A DNA stretch of 32,000 bases from Candidatus Electrothrix sp. GW3-4 (GTDB taxonomy: Bacteria > Desulfobacterota > Desulfobulbia > Desulfobulbales > Desulfobulbaceae), in assembly GCF_037902255.1 (NCBI RefSeq), contig NZ_CP147990.1:870001-902000 (forward strand), in the 5' to 3' direction. The notes below the pieces were generated by a model that saw only the letters and a list, made by a program, of their open reading frames with translations, had not been told where the DNA came from and ran no database searches. Positions 9,895-20,373 of the stretch are shown here, in pieces (within the stretch, counting starts at the first letter, position 1; each line of letters opens with the position of its first letter). The translations under genes and the position numbers were made by a program.

Positions 9895-10085
9895 ACAATT
9901 TTATCGCAAACTGCAAGGGGATTGAAATTCGATTTTCAGTTTCACAGAGAACCTGTTATGTTATTGTCCCGCTCCAGCTCTTTATCGAAGAGACATTACC
10001 TCACTCTATATGGAGCGGAAAACGGGAAATATCCAGCTGGCCCGAAATTTTATTCATTGTATACATAATACCTGTAAAAAAAACC

Positions 10086-11975
10086 ATGATTGATTTTGAT
10101 ATAGCCGTGATCGGGGCTGGGCATGCGGGTTGTGAAGCGGCATTAGCTGCCGCCCGCATGGGCTGCAAGACCTTGGTCTGTATTATCAATGCCGACACCA
10201 TCGGGGCCATGTCCTGCAATCCGGCAGTGGGTGGACTGGCCAAGGGCCATCTGGTCAAGGAGATCGATGCCCTGGGCGGAGAGATGGCCCGAAATATCGA
10301 TGCCACTGGTATCCAGTTCCGCCGTCTGAATACCAGTAAGGGACCGGCGGTCCGTTCTTCCCGGGCCCAGGCAGACCGTCGTCTCTATCAGCAGCGGATG
10401 AAGACGGTCCTGGAACAGCAGGAGAACCTGGAGATCCGCCAGACCGTAGTGGATGAGATCCTGACTGAGGATGAGCAGGTAGTCGGGATCCGTACCTCCC
10501 TGGGCGAAATTATCCCGGTTCGGGCCGTGGTGGTAGCCACAGGTACCTTTCTCAATGGCCTGATCCATATCGGGCTGAAAAATTTCCCTGCCGGTCGGCT
10601 GGGGGATGCGGCCTCCACCAGTCTTGCGCAATGGTACCGAGAGATAGGCTTTGCTGTCGGGCGGATGAAGACAGGTACGGTGCCCCGCCTGGATGGCAAG
10701 ACCATTGATTACTCCTCCTTGGAGCCTCAATACAGCGATGAGCCGCCAGCCCTGTTCTCCTTTGCCAATGCCCATAAGGCCAAGCCGGATTTGCCCCAGT
10801 TGCCCTGTTATATCACCTATACCAATGAGCAGACCCATGCCGTCATCCGGGGCGGGATTGACCAGTCGCCCATGTACTCCGGTATTATTGAAGGGATCGG
10901 GGCCAGATACTGTCCCTCCATTGAAGACAAGGTTATGCGCTTCCCGGACAAAGGACGGCATCAGATCTTTCTCGAACCAGAAGGCCTGGACACGGTTGAG
11001 GTCTATCCTAATGGGATCCCTACCAGCCTGCCCCTGCAGACCCAGGTGGAACTGGTGCGCTCCATCGCTGGCCTGGAAAACGCCCGCATCATCCGGCCGG
11101 GTTATGCCATTGAATACGATTATATTGATCCCCTGGAGCTCAAGCCCTCTCTGGAGACCAAGCGGATTAGCGGTCTCTTTCATGCTGGCCAGATCAACGG
11201 GACCTCGGGCTACGAGGAGGCGGCGGCCCAGGGCCTGATGGCGGCCATTAATGCGGTCCGGCTGGTGCGTGAACAGGCGCCTCTGATCCTGGATCGTTCC
11301 CAGGCCTATATCGGGGTGCTTATTGATGACCTGGTGACCCTGGGGACCAAGGAGCCTTATCGCCTCTTTACCTCCAGGGCAGAGTACCGGCTCCTGTTGC
11401 GTGAGGATAATGCGGATCTGCGTCTGCGGGAGATCGGCTATCAGCTGGGGCTGGTCGATGAGCAGACCTATCAGGGCTTTTTGACCAAGAAGGAGGCCAT
11501 AGGAGAGGGGTGCGCTCGCCTGGATAGGGTCCGCTTGAAACCTCTGCCTGCGGTGAATGAGGGGCTGGCTGCCCTGGGGAGTACGCCCCTGAACCAGGCC
11601 ATGACCCTGACCGAGCTCTTGCGGCGACCGGAACTGCGGCTCAAAGATCTGCTCCCACTGGTTGCAGCGCAGGAAGCGGATTTTGCCTTTTCTGCAGAGG
11701 AGGAGCAGGCCCGGGAGGAGATAGAGCTGCGCGTCAAGTATGCTGGTTATATTAAGCGGCAGCAGGAACAGGTGGAGCGGTTCAAGAAGTTAGAACGGAC
11801 CAAACTGCCTGAGGATATAGCGTATGATGGGCTACCTGGGCTCTCCAATGAGGTGGTGGAGAAGCTTAATCGGGTCAGGCCCCTCTCCCTGGGGCAGGCC
11901 TCGCGGATCTCCGGGGTGACTCCGGCCGCAGTTTCTGTGCTGCAGGTCCATTTGAAGAAGATGGGGGTTCTGTAG
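10086..11975 (+). CDS. mnmG: tRNA uridine 5-carboxymethylaminomethyl modification enzyme MnmG (GidA)
   Basis: 629 aa. FAD-binding N-terminus [23 protein letters not shown], then [19 protein letters not shown]-like [10 protein letters not shown], and [19 protein letters not shown]. Confidence 0.95.
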   Translation: MIDFDIAVIGAGHAGCEAALAAARMGCKTLVCIINADTIGAMSCNPAVGGLAKGHLVKEIDALGGEMARNIDATGIQFRRLNTSKGPAVRSSRAQADRRLYQQRMKTVLEQQENLEIRQTVVDEILTEDEQVVGIRTSLGEIIPVRAVVVATGTFLNGLIHIGLKNFPAGRLGDAASTSLAQWYREIGFAVGRMKTGTVPRLDGKTIDYSSLEPQYSDEPPALFSFANAHKAKPDLPQLPCYITYTNEQTHAVIRGGIDQSPMYSGIIEGIGARYCPSIEDKVMRFPDKGRHQIFLEPEGLDTVEVYPNGIPTSLPLQTQVELVRSIAGLENARIIRPGYAIEYDYIDPLELKPSLETKRISGLFHAGQINGTSGYEEAAAQGLMAAINAVRLVREQAPLILDRSQAYIGVLIDDLVTLGTKEPYRLFTSRAEYRLLLREDNADLRLREIGYQLGLVDEQTYQGFLTKKEAIGEGCARLDRVRLKPLPAVNEGLAALGSTPLNQAMTLTELLRRPELRLKDLLPLVAAQEADFAFSAEEEQAREEIELRVKYAGYIKRQQEQVERFKKLERTKLPEDIAYDGLPGLSNEVVEKLNRVRPLSLGQASRISGVTPAAVSVLQVHLKKMGVL

Positions 11976-12245
11976 TCAGGAGTCCTCTGGTTTTTTTGCT
12001 GCCTTTTTTCTCCCACGCATCCTGTAGATGTCCAGCCTCTTCGCTGTATCCCGCTCTTTTCTCCGGCAGAAGATCTCGCCTTAGGAGGACTCTGAAACAG
12101 GAGGTCCTTTTAGAGTCGATCTTGGTGAAAAAAGGGTGGGTTTTTCCCTCTCTTGTTTCTTTCCTCTTTCAACCGTCTTTTTTTCTTTCTTGGCATCATG
12201 CAGCACCTTTTTCAGCATGAAGGGCTGTATGACGCATCTGTTATT

Positions 12246-12285
12246 TTTCATGTTTTATTGTCCCGACCCACCGGGATGGGAGTTA
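12246..12285. repeat. Copy 1 of a short dispersed intergenic element (TTTCATGnTTTnTTGTCCCGnCCCA...CCGGGATGGGAGTTA)
   Basis: Colinear match to 18259-18303, including an exact 15-mer CCGGGATGGGAGTTA. It contains the hairpin TCCCG/CGGGA. Confidence 0.5.
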
Positions 12286-12433
12286 TATCAAAATGGTTTT
12301 TTGCTTTGGACTTGACAGAGAGAAATAATAGGGGAATGCTCATATATATACATAATTATATGTCCTGTTCCTTCTGATCCCCATGTTTTTTGAAAATTAC
12401 CCAGCGAAAACCTCTGAACAGCGATAATCAGCT

Positions 12434-14746
12434 ATGCAGGTAAAATATTTTGAAAAAGATCATATTAACAAGATGTTGCTTTTGTTGTTTGCAGGGTGGA
12501 CGTTGCTGCTGATCCTCTTATTGTGCTGGAATATGCGCCATATGAAACGAACAACGCTGTCCCTGGCGGAAAGCAATGCGAGAATCTTTTTGCAAAAAGA
12601 TATGCTGTATCGAGCATGGTGTGCTGCCCACGGCGGAGTGTACGTACCGGTGTCAGAAAAAACGCAGCCCAATCCTGATCTTGATGTTGCAAACCGTGAT
12701 GTGATGATCGGGGAACGGCGATATACCTTAATGAATCCTGCCTATATGTTCCGGCAGGTTGCAGAGATGGGAGAGAAGCTTACTGCAATCCAGGGACGAA
12801 TTACAGCCTTGCATCCCAAAGGACTGAAGAATGAACCGAGTCCCTGGGAAGAGAGGGCCTTATTGTCGTTTGAGCACGGTGCCAAAGAATACCTTGATAT
12901 CGTGCAGGTTGATGGGGGTTCTTATTTGCATTTTATGCGCCCTGTGAAAGCTAAAAAGGCCTGTTTGACCTGTCATCAGAGAACTGAGAGTGTGGACAAT
13001 GTGGTTGGCGGGATCAGTATTGTTGTTCCTCTGGAGAAGTATTTTGAGCAGTATAATAAGAATATCCATAAACTCTGGCTGGCTTTTTGGGCAATCTGGT
13101 CTGGTGGTGTTTGTATTATTTACATCATGAATCGTGTCATTCAAAAAAATATCCATAGGCTCAAGCGGAGTGAACAGCAGAACGCCACTATTTTGCATAA
13201 TATTGATAAGGTCGGGATAGGATTGCATATTGTCGATAAAAATTTCCGGGTCCATTATGCCAATTCAACAATGGAAAAGTGGTTTGGTTATATAACAGAC
13301 ACCATATGCTATCAGTCTTCCCGTAAGCAAGAGGCCCCTTGTTCTCATTGTTTATTGGATCAGGTTGCTGAGCAGAGCAGTACTGTTCGCTATGAGCTTA
13401 TCCATCACGATCGGGTCTTTGATGTTGTTTCAGCCCCGGTGATCATGCAGGACGGGACTTTGGCAAAACTGGAACTCCGACTTGATGTGACAGATCAAAA
13501 GATGGTTGAGGAAGAGCAACGCAAGGCTGCTGAATTGCTCAAGGCCAAGGAGTCTGCCGAGTCGGCAACGGTTGCTAAATCCATGTTTCTCGCCAATATG
13601 AGTCACGAGATACGCACCCCCATGAATGCTATTATTGGCATGTCAAAGCTCGCCCTTGAAACAGCGTTGAATCAGGAACAGTATAATCTCATCTCAAAAG
13701 TATATATTTCCTCCTTGTCCTTGCTTGGTATTATTAATGATATACTTGATTTTTCTAAGATTGAAGCAGGTGATATGCAGTTGGAAATAGTCGATTTCCG
13801 CTTGCAGGAGGTCCTGGAACATCTTGAAATGCTCATTCGGATTCGAGCTGAGGAAAAAGGAGTACTTTTGACTATCGAGACGGTCGGGGAACTCCCTGAA
13901 GTCCTTCGAGGCGACCCCCTACGTCTCGGCCAGGCGTTGATCAATCTGGGCAATAATGCTGTGAAATTTACAGATCAAGGACGAGTTGATGTCAAGGTAG
14001 AGCCTGTCGAGCTCGAGCTACAGGAGAATAAGGGGGATAAGGAGGAGAGGGGGGGATGATGCAGTGATGCTTCATTTTTCTGTTACTGATACTGGTATAG
14101 GTATGGATGAGGAGCAGATGAGGAGGCTCTTCCAGGCCTTTACCCAGGCAGATAGCAGTATTGCTCGTCAATATGGGGGCAGCGGATTAGGCCTCGTTAT
14201 TAGTCAGAGATTGGTTGAAAAAATGGGGGGGAGATCTTGGTGGAGAGTGCGCCTGGAAAGGGCTCCTGTTTCCATTTTACGGTGCAGTTTGAACAGGGTG
14301 AGATGGGTGATAAGGAGAAAAAAAGAGCAGCAGAGGAGGGTGAAGTGGTCCCAGACGACCTGAAAAATATCTCTCGCTTGGAAGGGAAGAAAATCTTACT
14401 GGTGGAGGATAATGCATTTAACCGGGAGTTGGCAACAATCTTACTGCAAAGGAAGAACTTGATTGTCGCCCAGGCAGAGCACGGGCAAGAGGCCTTGGAT
14501 TTTTTGAGTGCGGAAGAGGTCGATTGCGTGCTGATGGATATTCAGATGCCGGTCATGGATGGGTATACAGCCTGTTATAAAATTCGTCAACAGTCGAGAT
14601 TCAAAGACCTGCCGATTATCGCCATGACGGCAAATGTTATGAAAAGTGATGTGGCCAAGAGTTTGGAGGCTGGTATGAATGATCATATAGGCAAGCCCCT
14701 GGACGAGGAAGAGGTCTTCAATATATTGATGAAGTGGATCCATTGA
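12434..14746 (+). pseudogene. Hybrid sensor histidine kinase/response regulator, paralog of 15250..17562, interrupted by two frameshifts at G7 tracts
   Basis: Three ORF fragments (12434-14059, 14064-14363, 14237-14746) together align along the full length of the intact paralog. The frame changes at G7 14049-14055 and returns at G7 14225-14231. The middle fragment carries the ATP-binding motifs DTGIGM and GGSGLGL. Confidence 0.65.
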
Positions 14747-15249
14747 GAGGAGTGTGTGCTCTGAGGTGGGTATTTTTCATTTGTTGAACTTGAGCTGTTT
14801 TATCTTCAAGATACTTTTGTCTTCTCCTGCTGTTGGGGCAGAAAAGAAGGCCGCTCTGTTTTAGAGTCGTTGGAAAGAAATAAAAAACTTTTACTCCTCT
14901 TTGTTTTTCCGTATAAAAAATACCCGCCCCCCAGCAGCAAGGTCCTTGCACTCCCAGAATAAGGCGTTTGATGAAGAGACGAGAAGGAAACATTCCTTCT
15001 GATATCCTGATGTGGTACGAATGTGGTCTGTTTTGCTCACCAAGCTATTTTTTGGATATCTTTTATTGGGCATAATAATTGCTATTAAAGAACTTTAGAC
15101 TTAGCAGGCGGTTTTCTGATAATTCTTACTCAGTGTCTTTGTTAAGTTTTTGCTATTACTGTTTTTTTGGTGGTAATATAAGGTTGTATCACAAGGTGAT
15201 TATGCCCAAACTGGATACAAGACACGTTAGGGATTAAACAGAACATATT

Positions 15250-17562
15250 ATGCAGATATTTCATGTTGAAAAGAGACCTTTTGTCAGAGGGCTGATGGTC
15301 TTGCTGCTGGGGTGGACCCTATTACTCGTTGTTTTGCTTTATTGGAATAGGTGGCATATGAAAAAGACCACCATCCTGCTGGCTGAAAATAATGCCAGGA
15401 TGTTTTGGGAAAAGGACATGCTCTATCGGGCATGGAGTGTCTTTCACGGAGGAGCATATGTGCCCATTTCAGAGGAAACAGAACCCAATCCCTATCTGCA
15501 AGTTAAGCATCGTGATGTGAAGATCGACGGGCAGGAGTACACTCTGGTCAATCCCGCATATATGTTCCGACAGATTTATGAGAACGGTAAGAAGAGCATG
15601 GCCATTCAAGGGCGCCTGACAAGCCTTGAGCCGAGGCGACCGGATAACAAGCCAATCCCTTGGGAAGAAAAGGCCCTTCGTTTGTTTGAGTCGGGCAGTG
15701 AAGAATATATAGAGCTCGTCAAGATTGAAGAGAAAAACTTTCTTCGCTTTATGCGCCCTGTCCGCTTGAAAAAGACATGTTTACGGTGTCATAAGGGCGA
15801 GGGGAAAAAAGTCGGCAGGATCAGGGGGGGGATAAGTATTATCGTTCCTTTGGAAGAACATTTTTCCTTATTTCGCGAGAATGTGAATAAACTTTGGTGG
15901 GCCTTTCTTGCAATATGGCTTACAGGAGTTGTAATTATTCTCGTTATGTATCGAATTGTCAGGAGAACTATTGGTTCTCTTGTGCAAAGTGAACAGCAGA
16001 AAAGTACCATTTTAGACTCCATGGACAGAGTCGGGGTCGGCCTCTACATTATTGATAAAGAGTACCGGATTCGTTACGCGAATACGACAATGGTTAAGTG
16101 GTTTTCCTGTGAAACCGGTGCGATATGTTACGAGTCCGTCTATGCCCGTGATACACCCTGTACTGTCTGCTATCTTGAGCAAGTGGCTGGTAAAAAAGAG
16201 ACGGTACGTTATTCGTTGCATTTTCACGAACAGTTTTTTGATGTAGTCGCCGTCCCTATAACCCTGCATGATGGGACCCCAGGCAAACTTGAACTGCGAA
16301 TTGACGTAACTGATCGAGAAAAGGTTGAGAAAGAACAGGACAAGGCTATGGCGCTTCTGAAGGCCAAAGAAGTTGCCGAGTCAGCAACACAGGCCAAGTC
16401 AGTCTTCCTGGCCAATATGAGCCATGAAATACGCACGCCGATGAACACCATTATCGGCATGTCACAACTTGCCCTTGAGACAGGGCTGACCCCAGAGCAG
16501 TATAATCTGATATCCAAGGTGAATGTATCTTCCATGCTCTTGCTTGGTATTATTAATGATATCCTGGATTTTTCCAGGATAGAGGCAGGGAAGATGAAGC
16601 TGGAAACGGTTGATTTCCGCTTGCAGGGGGTACTGAATCATCTTTCGGATATTATCCGAATCAAGGCTGAAGAAAAGGGGCTGCGTTTGCATATTGCATA
16701 TTCTGATGATGCCCCACAGATCCTTCGTGGCGATTTCTTGCGCCTTGGGCAGGTGCTGGTCAATCTAGGCAATAATGCTGTCAAGTTTACCAGGGAAGGG
16801 CGTATTGATGTCAGCGTTCAATTCGTTGGCCAAAAAGGGGGAAGGGCAAGACTTCATTTTTCTGTTCAGGATACAGGTATTGGCATGAGCCAGGAGGAAC
16901 AGAGCCGGATTTTTCAATCCTTCAGCCAGCTGGATAATAACGTCACGCGTCAATATGAGGGTAGCGGTCTGGGATTAGCCATCAGTAAAAAACTGGTCAA
17001 TATGATGGGGGGCGATATTACGGTGGAGAGCACGCCCGGGCAAGGATCCTGTTTTTCTTTTACCTTGGATTTTGAGACCGGAAAGCCTGAAAAACTGCCT
17101 GAAGAGCGGGCTGCATCCATTGGCAGGATGCCCAGGCTGGAGGGAAAAACGATTCTCCTGGTAGAGGATAATGACTTTAACTCGGAATTGGCCACCATCT
17201 TGCTCAGCCGTAAAAATCTTGTTGTCTTTCACGCGAGCAACGGCAGGGAAGCGTTAGATTTTCTCCACAAAAAATCGGTTGATTGTGTCTTGATGGATAT
17301 CCAGATGCCTGTTATGGATGGGTACAGCGCCTGCCGGGAAATCCGCCAGCGGCTGCAGTTGAAAAAACTGCCTGTTATTGCTATGACGGCTAATGTCATG
17401 AAAAACGACATTGAAAAGAGTATGGAGGCGGGCATGAACGACCATATAGGCAAGCCGCTTCACGAAGATGAGGTTTTTTCTACCCTGATGAGGTGGTTGG
17501 TGCCTGAAAACGCCTTTATCTCGGACGTTACTTCGGACAACGGAGAAAGGCCGCCTGTATAA
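15250..17562 (+). CDS. Hybrid sensor histidine kinase/response regulator with an N-terminal CxxCH (DUF3365-like, c-type haem) sensor domain, PAS-like domain, HisKA, HATPase_c and receiver
   Basis: 770 aa. CLRCH at 15778-15792, H-box [10 protein letters not shown]-box [11 protein letters not shown]-boxes DTGIGM and GSGLGLAI, receiver [10 protein letters not shown]...[14 protein letters not shown]...KP. Confidence 0.9.
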   Translation: MQIFHVEKRPFVRGLMVLLLGWTLLLVVLLYWNRWHMKKTTILLAENNARMFWEKDMLYRAWSVFHGGAYVPISEETEPNPYLQVKHRDVKIDGQEYTLVNPAYMFRQIYENGKKSMAIQGRLTSLEPRRPDNKPIPWEEKALRLFESGSEEYIELVKIEEKNFLRFMRPVRLKKTCLRCHKGEGKKVGRIRGGISIIVPLEEHFSLFRENVNKLWWAFLAIWLTGVVIILVMYRIVRRTIGSLVQSEQQKSTILDSMDRVGVGLYIIDKEYRIRYANTTMVKWFSCETGAICYESVYARDTPCTVCYLEQVAGKKETVRYSLHFHEQFFDVVAVPITLHDGTPGKLELRIDVTDREKVEKEQDKAMALLKAKEVAESATQAKSVFLANMSHEIRTPMNTIIGMSQLALETGLTPEQYNLISKVNVSSMLLLGIINDILDFSRIEAGKMKLETVDFRLQGVLNHLSDIIRIKAEEKGLRLHIAYSDDAPQILRGDFLRLGQVLVNLGNNAVKFTREGRIDVSVQFVGQKGGRARLHFSVQDTGIGMSQEEQSRIFQSFSQLDNNVTRQYEGSGLGLAISKKLVNMMGGDITVESTPGQGSCFSFTLDFETGKPEKLPEERAASIGRMPRLEGKTILLVEDNDFNSELATILLSRKNLVVFHASNGREALDFLHKKSVDCVLMDIQMPVMDGYSACREIRQRLQLKKLPVIAMTANVMKNDIEKSMEAGMNDHIGKPLHEDEVFSTLMRWLVPENAFISDVTSDNGERPPV

Positions 17563-18088
17563 CCAGAGGGGCATGAAAGCGAGCCTTTGGGTTACCCCAT
17601 TCATCATAGCCCATAGCAATCCATTCGCCCTGATTGACCCATTCTTCATAGGCGAATTTCCAGCCACTCCAGTGATCCCGGCATGTATAGGGTTGCGCTG
17701 GTCCGTAATAGGAAAATACAGGCCCCTGATCATCTTGTGCCTGCCGGGTCTCCCCGATGAGGAGCATGTCAGCTCCACGTGCCATGGCCTCTGCTTCAAC
17801 TGTCTGGGCAAGGGTCTTTCCTGTGAAGCCTTCAGGGATATGAACAAGGAGGTGGGCAAAGACCCGGCAGCTCACCGGAACCTGCTGGTCCTGAAAGGTG
17901 GGAACCACCTTGTCACTGGACGGGTATTTTATTCCCTTATAGTTCTTTGTTTTTTTCCAAACCGTGAGATCCTCTTTTAACGAGCTGACATCGCTCCAAA
18001 GTTCCTGTCGGGTCTCGGCGCAGCCGGAAAGAAGAATAAGAACGGCTCCTCCGGCAAGGAGAGGGAAAAATCTGTTGACGTTATTCAT
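17528..18088 (-). CDS. Hypothetical lipoprotein
   Basis: Signal peptide with lipobox (AVLILLSGC). 186 aa, no family recognised. Its 3' end overlaps the convergent kinase gene by 35 bp. Confidence 0.6.
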   Translation of the reverse strand: MNNVNRFFPLLAGGAVLILLSGCAETRQELWSDVSSLKEDLTVWKKTKNYKGIKYPSSDKVVPTFQDQQVPVSCRVFAHLLVHIPEGFTGKTLAQTVEAEAMARGADMLLIGETRQAQDDQGPVFSYYGPAQPYTCRDHWSGWKFAYEEWVNQGEWIAMGYDEWGNPKARFHAPLVIQAAFLRCPK

Positions 18089-18153
18089 TGTAAAGTTCTG
18101 GGGATGAGGTCCCGCTGTTGGCGGAGTACTTACGTTACGTTAATTTTTTTTGC

Positions 18154-18188
18154 TTTCCTGTCATCCCTTGGAGAGGGATGACAGGAAA
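18154..18188. other. Perfect 14-bp stem-loop (TTTCCTGTCATCCC / GGGATGACAGGAAA, 7-nt loop)
   Basis: Read directly. A T9 run precedes it on the + strand. It lies between the carboxyltransferase stop and the lipoprotein gene start. Confidence 0.6.
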
Positions 18189-18258
18189 TTGGAGGTGGTT
18201 TTCAATGGTTCGCGATTTTATATGAAAGTGGTCGGTGAAGCTAACCAGGCTTCACCCC

Positions 18259-18303
18259 TTTCATGCTTTGTTGTCCCGGCCCAGTGGTCCGGGATGGGAG
18301 TTA
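18259..18303. repeat. Copy 2 of the short dispersed element. It abuts the carboxyltransferase gene, and its last 3 nt are that gene's stop codon.
   Basis: Matches 12246-12285. Hairpin TCCCGG/CCGGGA with a 9-nt loop. Confidence 0.5.
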
Positions 18304-19833
18304 CAAGGGAATATTGCCATGCTTGCGCCAGGGATTCTCCAGCTTTTTATTGCGCAGCATGGCCAGGGAACGGCAGATACGGGTCCGGGTATGGTGCGGC
18401 ATGATGACATCATCAATAAAACCACGACTGCCCGCCACAAAGGGGTTGGCAAAACGGGCCGTGTATTCGGCAGTTCGCTCTTTCACCATTTCGCTATCGT
18501 CGCTGTCTGCCCGGAAAATGATCTCAACCGCGCCCTTGGGGCCCATCACTGCAATTTCAGCGCTGGGCCAGGCAAAGTTAACATCTCCCCGCAGATGCTT
18601 GGAGCTCATCACGTCATAGGCTCCGCCATAGGCCTTACGGGTGATGACGGTGACCTTGGGTACCGTTGCCTCGGCATAGGCGTAGAGGAGCTTGGCTCCG
18701 TGCTTAATGATTCCTCCGTATTCCTGAGCAGTGCCGGGCAGAAAGCCGGGGACATCAACAAGGGTGATGATCGGAATATTAAAGGCATCGCAGAAACGAA
18801 CAAAACGGGCCGCCTTACGTGATGAAGAGATATCCAGGCAACCTGCCAGCACCATAGGTTGATTCGCTACTATGCCAACCGTCGAACCCTGCATCCGGGC
18901 CATGCCGATAATAATGTTGGCGGCAAAATCAGGTTGTAGTTCAAAAAAATCATACTCATCAACCACCTTGGTGATGAGTTCTTTCATATCATAAGGTTTA
19001 TTGGGATCATCCGGGATCAGGCTGTCCAGAGAGATTTCTGTCCGCTCTGGTGTGTCATTGCAGGGCCAGACCGGTGGGGCCTCCCGATTATTAGAGGGGA
19101 GGAAATTGATGAATCTCCGGAGCATAAGCAGGGCCTCAACCCCGTTTTCAAAGGCCAGGTCTGCTACGCCGGAGCGGGCAGTATGGGTGGTTGCCCCACC
19201 CAACTCCTCAGCCGTCACTACCTCATGGGTAACGGTCTTGACCACATCCGGCCCGGTGACAAACATATACGAGGTATTTTTGACCATGAAGATGAAATCG
19301 GTCATTGCCGGAGAGTAGACAGCACCGCCAGCACAGGGGCCCATGATCATGGAGAGCTGAGGAATCACTCCAGAGGCCAGGACATTACGTTGAAATACAT
19401 CTGCATAACCGGCAAGGGCCTCAACCCCTTCTTGAATGCGTGCCCCCCCTGAATCATTCAGGCCGACTACCGGGGCGCCGACCTTGATGGCGTGATCCAT
19501 GATTTTGCAGATCTTTTCAGCATGGGCAGCGGAGAGCGATCCCCCAAACACGGTGAAGTCCTGGCTGTAGACAAAGACCAAACGACCGCATACGGTGCCG
19601 TACCCCGTGACAACGCCATCTCCGGGGATTTTTTGCTTGGCCATGCCGAAATCCATACATCGGTGTTCAACGAACATGTCCCACTCTTCAAAACTACCTG
19701 CGTCCAGAAAGAGTTCAATGCGTTCTCGGGCGCTCAGCTTGCCTTGGGCGTGCTGTTTGTTAATTCGTTGCTGGCCACCGCCCAGACGGGCTGCTTCGCG
19801 TTTTGCCTCAAGTTGATCAATAATGTCCTGCAT
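18301..19833 (-). CDS. Acyl-CoA carboxyltransferase (methylmalonyl-CoA carboxyltransferase 12S / propionyl-CoA carboxylase beta-type subunit)
   Basis: 510 aa. N-terminus [27 protein letters not shown], then [32 protein letters not shown], and GGAYDVM. Confidence 0.9.
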   Translation of the reverse strand: MQDIIDQLEAKREAARLGGGQQRINKQHAQGKLSARERIELFLDAGSFEEWDMFVEHRCMDFGMAKQKIPGDGVVTGYGTVCGRLVFVYSQDFTVFGGSLSAAHAEKICKIMDHAIKVGAPVVGLNDSGGARIQEGVEALAGYADVFQRNVLASGVIPQLSMIMGPCAGGAVYSPAMTDFIFMVKNTSYMFVTGPDVVKTVTHEVVTAEELGGATTHTARSGVADLAFENGVEALLMLRRFINFLPSNNREAPPVWPCNDTPERTEISLDSLIPDDPNKPYDMKELITKVVDEYDFFELQPDFAANIIIGMARMQGSTVGIVANQPMVLAGCLDISSSRKAARFVRFCDAFNIPIITLVDVPGFLPGTAQEYGGIIKHGAKLLYAYAEATVPKVTVITRKAYGGAYDVMSSKHLRGDVNFAWPSAEIAVMGPKGAVEIIFRADSDDSEMVKERTAEYTARFANPFVAGSRGFIDDVIMPHHTRTRICRSLAMLRNKKLENPWRKHGNIPL

Positions 19834-19887
19834 GATTTTGAAGAGTAAAGAGTAGTAGGTTTCCTGGGTAAGGAGCGGCGAACCCGA

Positions 19888-20301
19888 TCACGCCGGTATT
19901 TGCCCTGTAGAGCATATTTCTGTTAACACGCCGTGGGTAGATTTGGGGTGGAGAAAGCCTATCTGTTGACCGCCTGCCCCGGGAATTGGTATTGTGTTGA
20001 TTAACCGGCAACCAGCTTTTTCAGCTTTTTCGAGTTGGGTAGCTGCATTATCACTGCGATAGGCAATATGATGTACACCTTCTCCCTGGCGTTGCAAGAA
20101 TTTTGCTATGGGGCCGTTTTCGTTCATGGGTTCAAGCAGTTCGATTTTTGTTTCACCAAGAACAAAAAAGGCTGTGCGTACCTGTTGTGAGGGAATTTCT
20201 TCGATCTGTTCGCAATGCAGCCCCAAGGCTTGCTCATAAAAAACACGGGCCTGGCTAATGGAATGGACTGCTATGCCTATGTGGTCGATTTTTTGCAACA
20301 T
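19888..20301 (-). CDS. mce: Methylmalonyl-CoA epimerase (VOC/glyoxalase family)
   Basis: 137 aa: IDHIGIAVHSI..A..FY...LG, IELLEP, GEGVHHIAY, and C-terminal THGVLTE. It sits directly upstream of the carboxyltransferase on the same strand. Confidence 0.8.
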   Translation of the reverse strand: MLQKIDHIGIAVHSISQARVFYEQALGLHCEQIEEIPSQQVRTAFFVLGETKIELLEPMNENGPIAKFLQRQGEGVHHIAYRSDNAATQLEKAEKAGCRLINTIPIPGAGGQQIGFLHPKSTHGVLTEICSTGQIPA

Positions 20302-20326
20302 ATATGAAGGTCTTTGAGGGGGAAGA

Positions 20327-20353
20327 GGGAGGGCGCTGCCCTCCCTTTTTTTT
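20327..20353 (+). terminator. Rho-independent terminator-like hairpin: GGGAGGGC-gct-GCCCTCCC followed by T8 on the + strand
   Basis: Read directly. The T-tract follows the stem only on the + strand, yet both flanking genes are on the - strand (on that strand A8 precedes the stem). Confidence 0.45.
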
Positions 20354-20373
20354 CTCTGATTTTCATGATGCGG

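Noticed and set aside
10143-11183. 346-aa ORF antisense to mnmG
   Set aside because: It lies entirely inside the unmistakable MnmG CDS. Its low-complexity Gly/Pro/Arg-rich translation is typical of shadow ORFs in GC-biased genes.
12189-12206. Sigma54-like TGGCAT-N-GCAGCA upstream of the first kinase
   Set aside because: The spacing between the GG and GC elements is one nucleotide short of the canonical -24/-12 spacing, and the -12 TTGC is not matched.
17528-17562. 35-bp 3' overlap of the convergent kinase and lipoprotein genes
   Set aside because: It is real in the sequence, but convergent overlaps of this size are common. I have no evidence for antisense regulation.
18150-18822. Several + strand ORFs (84-195 aa) opposite the carboxyltransferase gene
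   Set aside because: They are antisense to a strongly supported CDS. The shared LLSRP peptide with the ORF at 12153-12377 is explained by the dispersed nucleotide element, not by a protein family.
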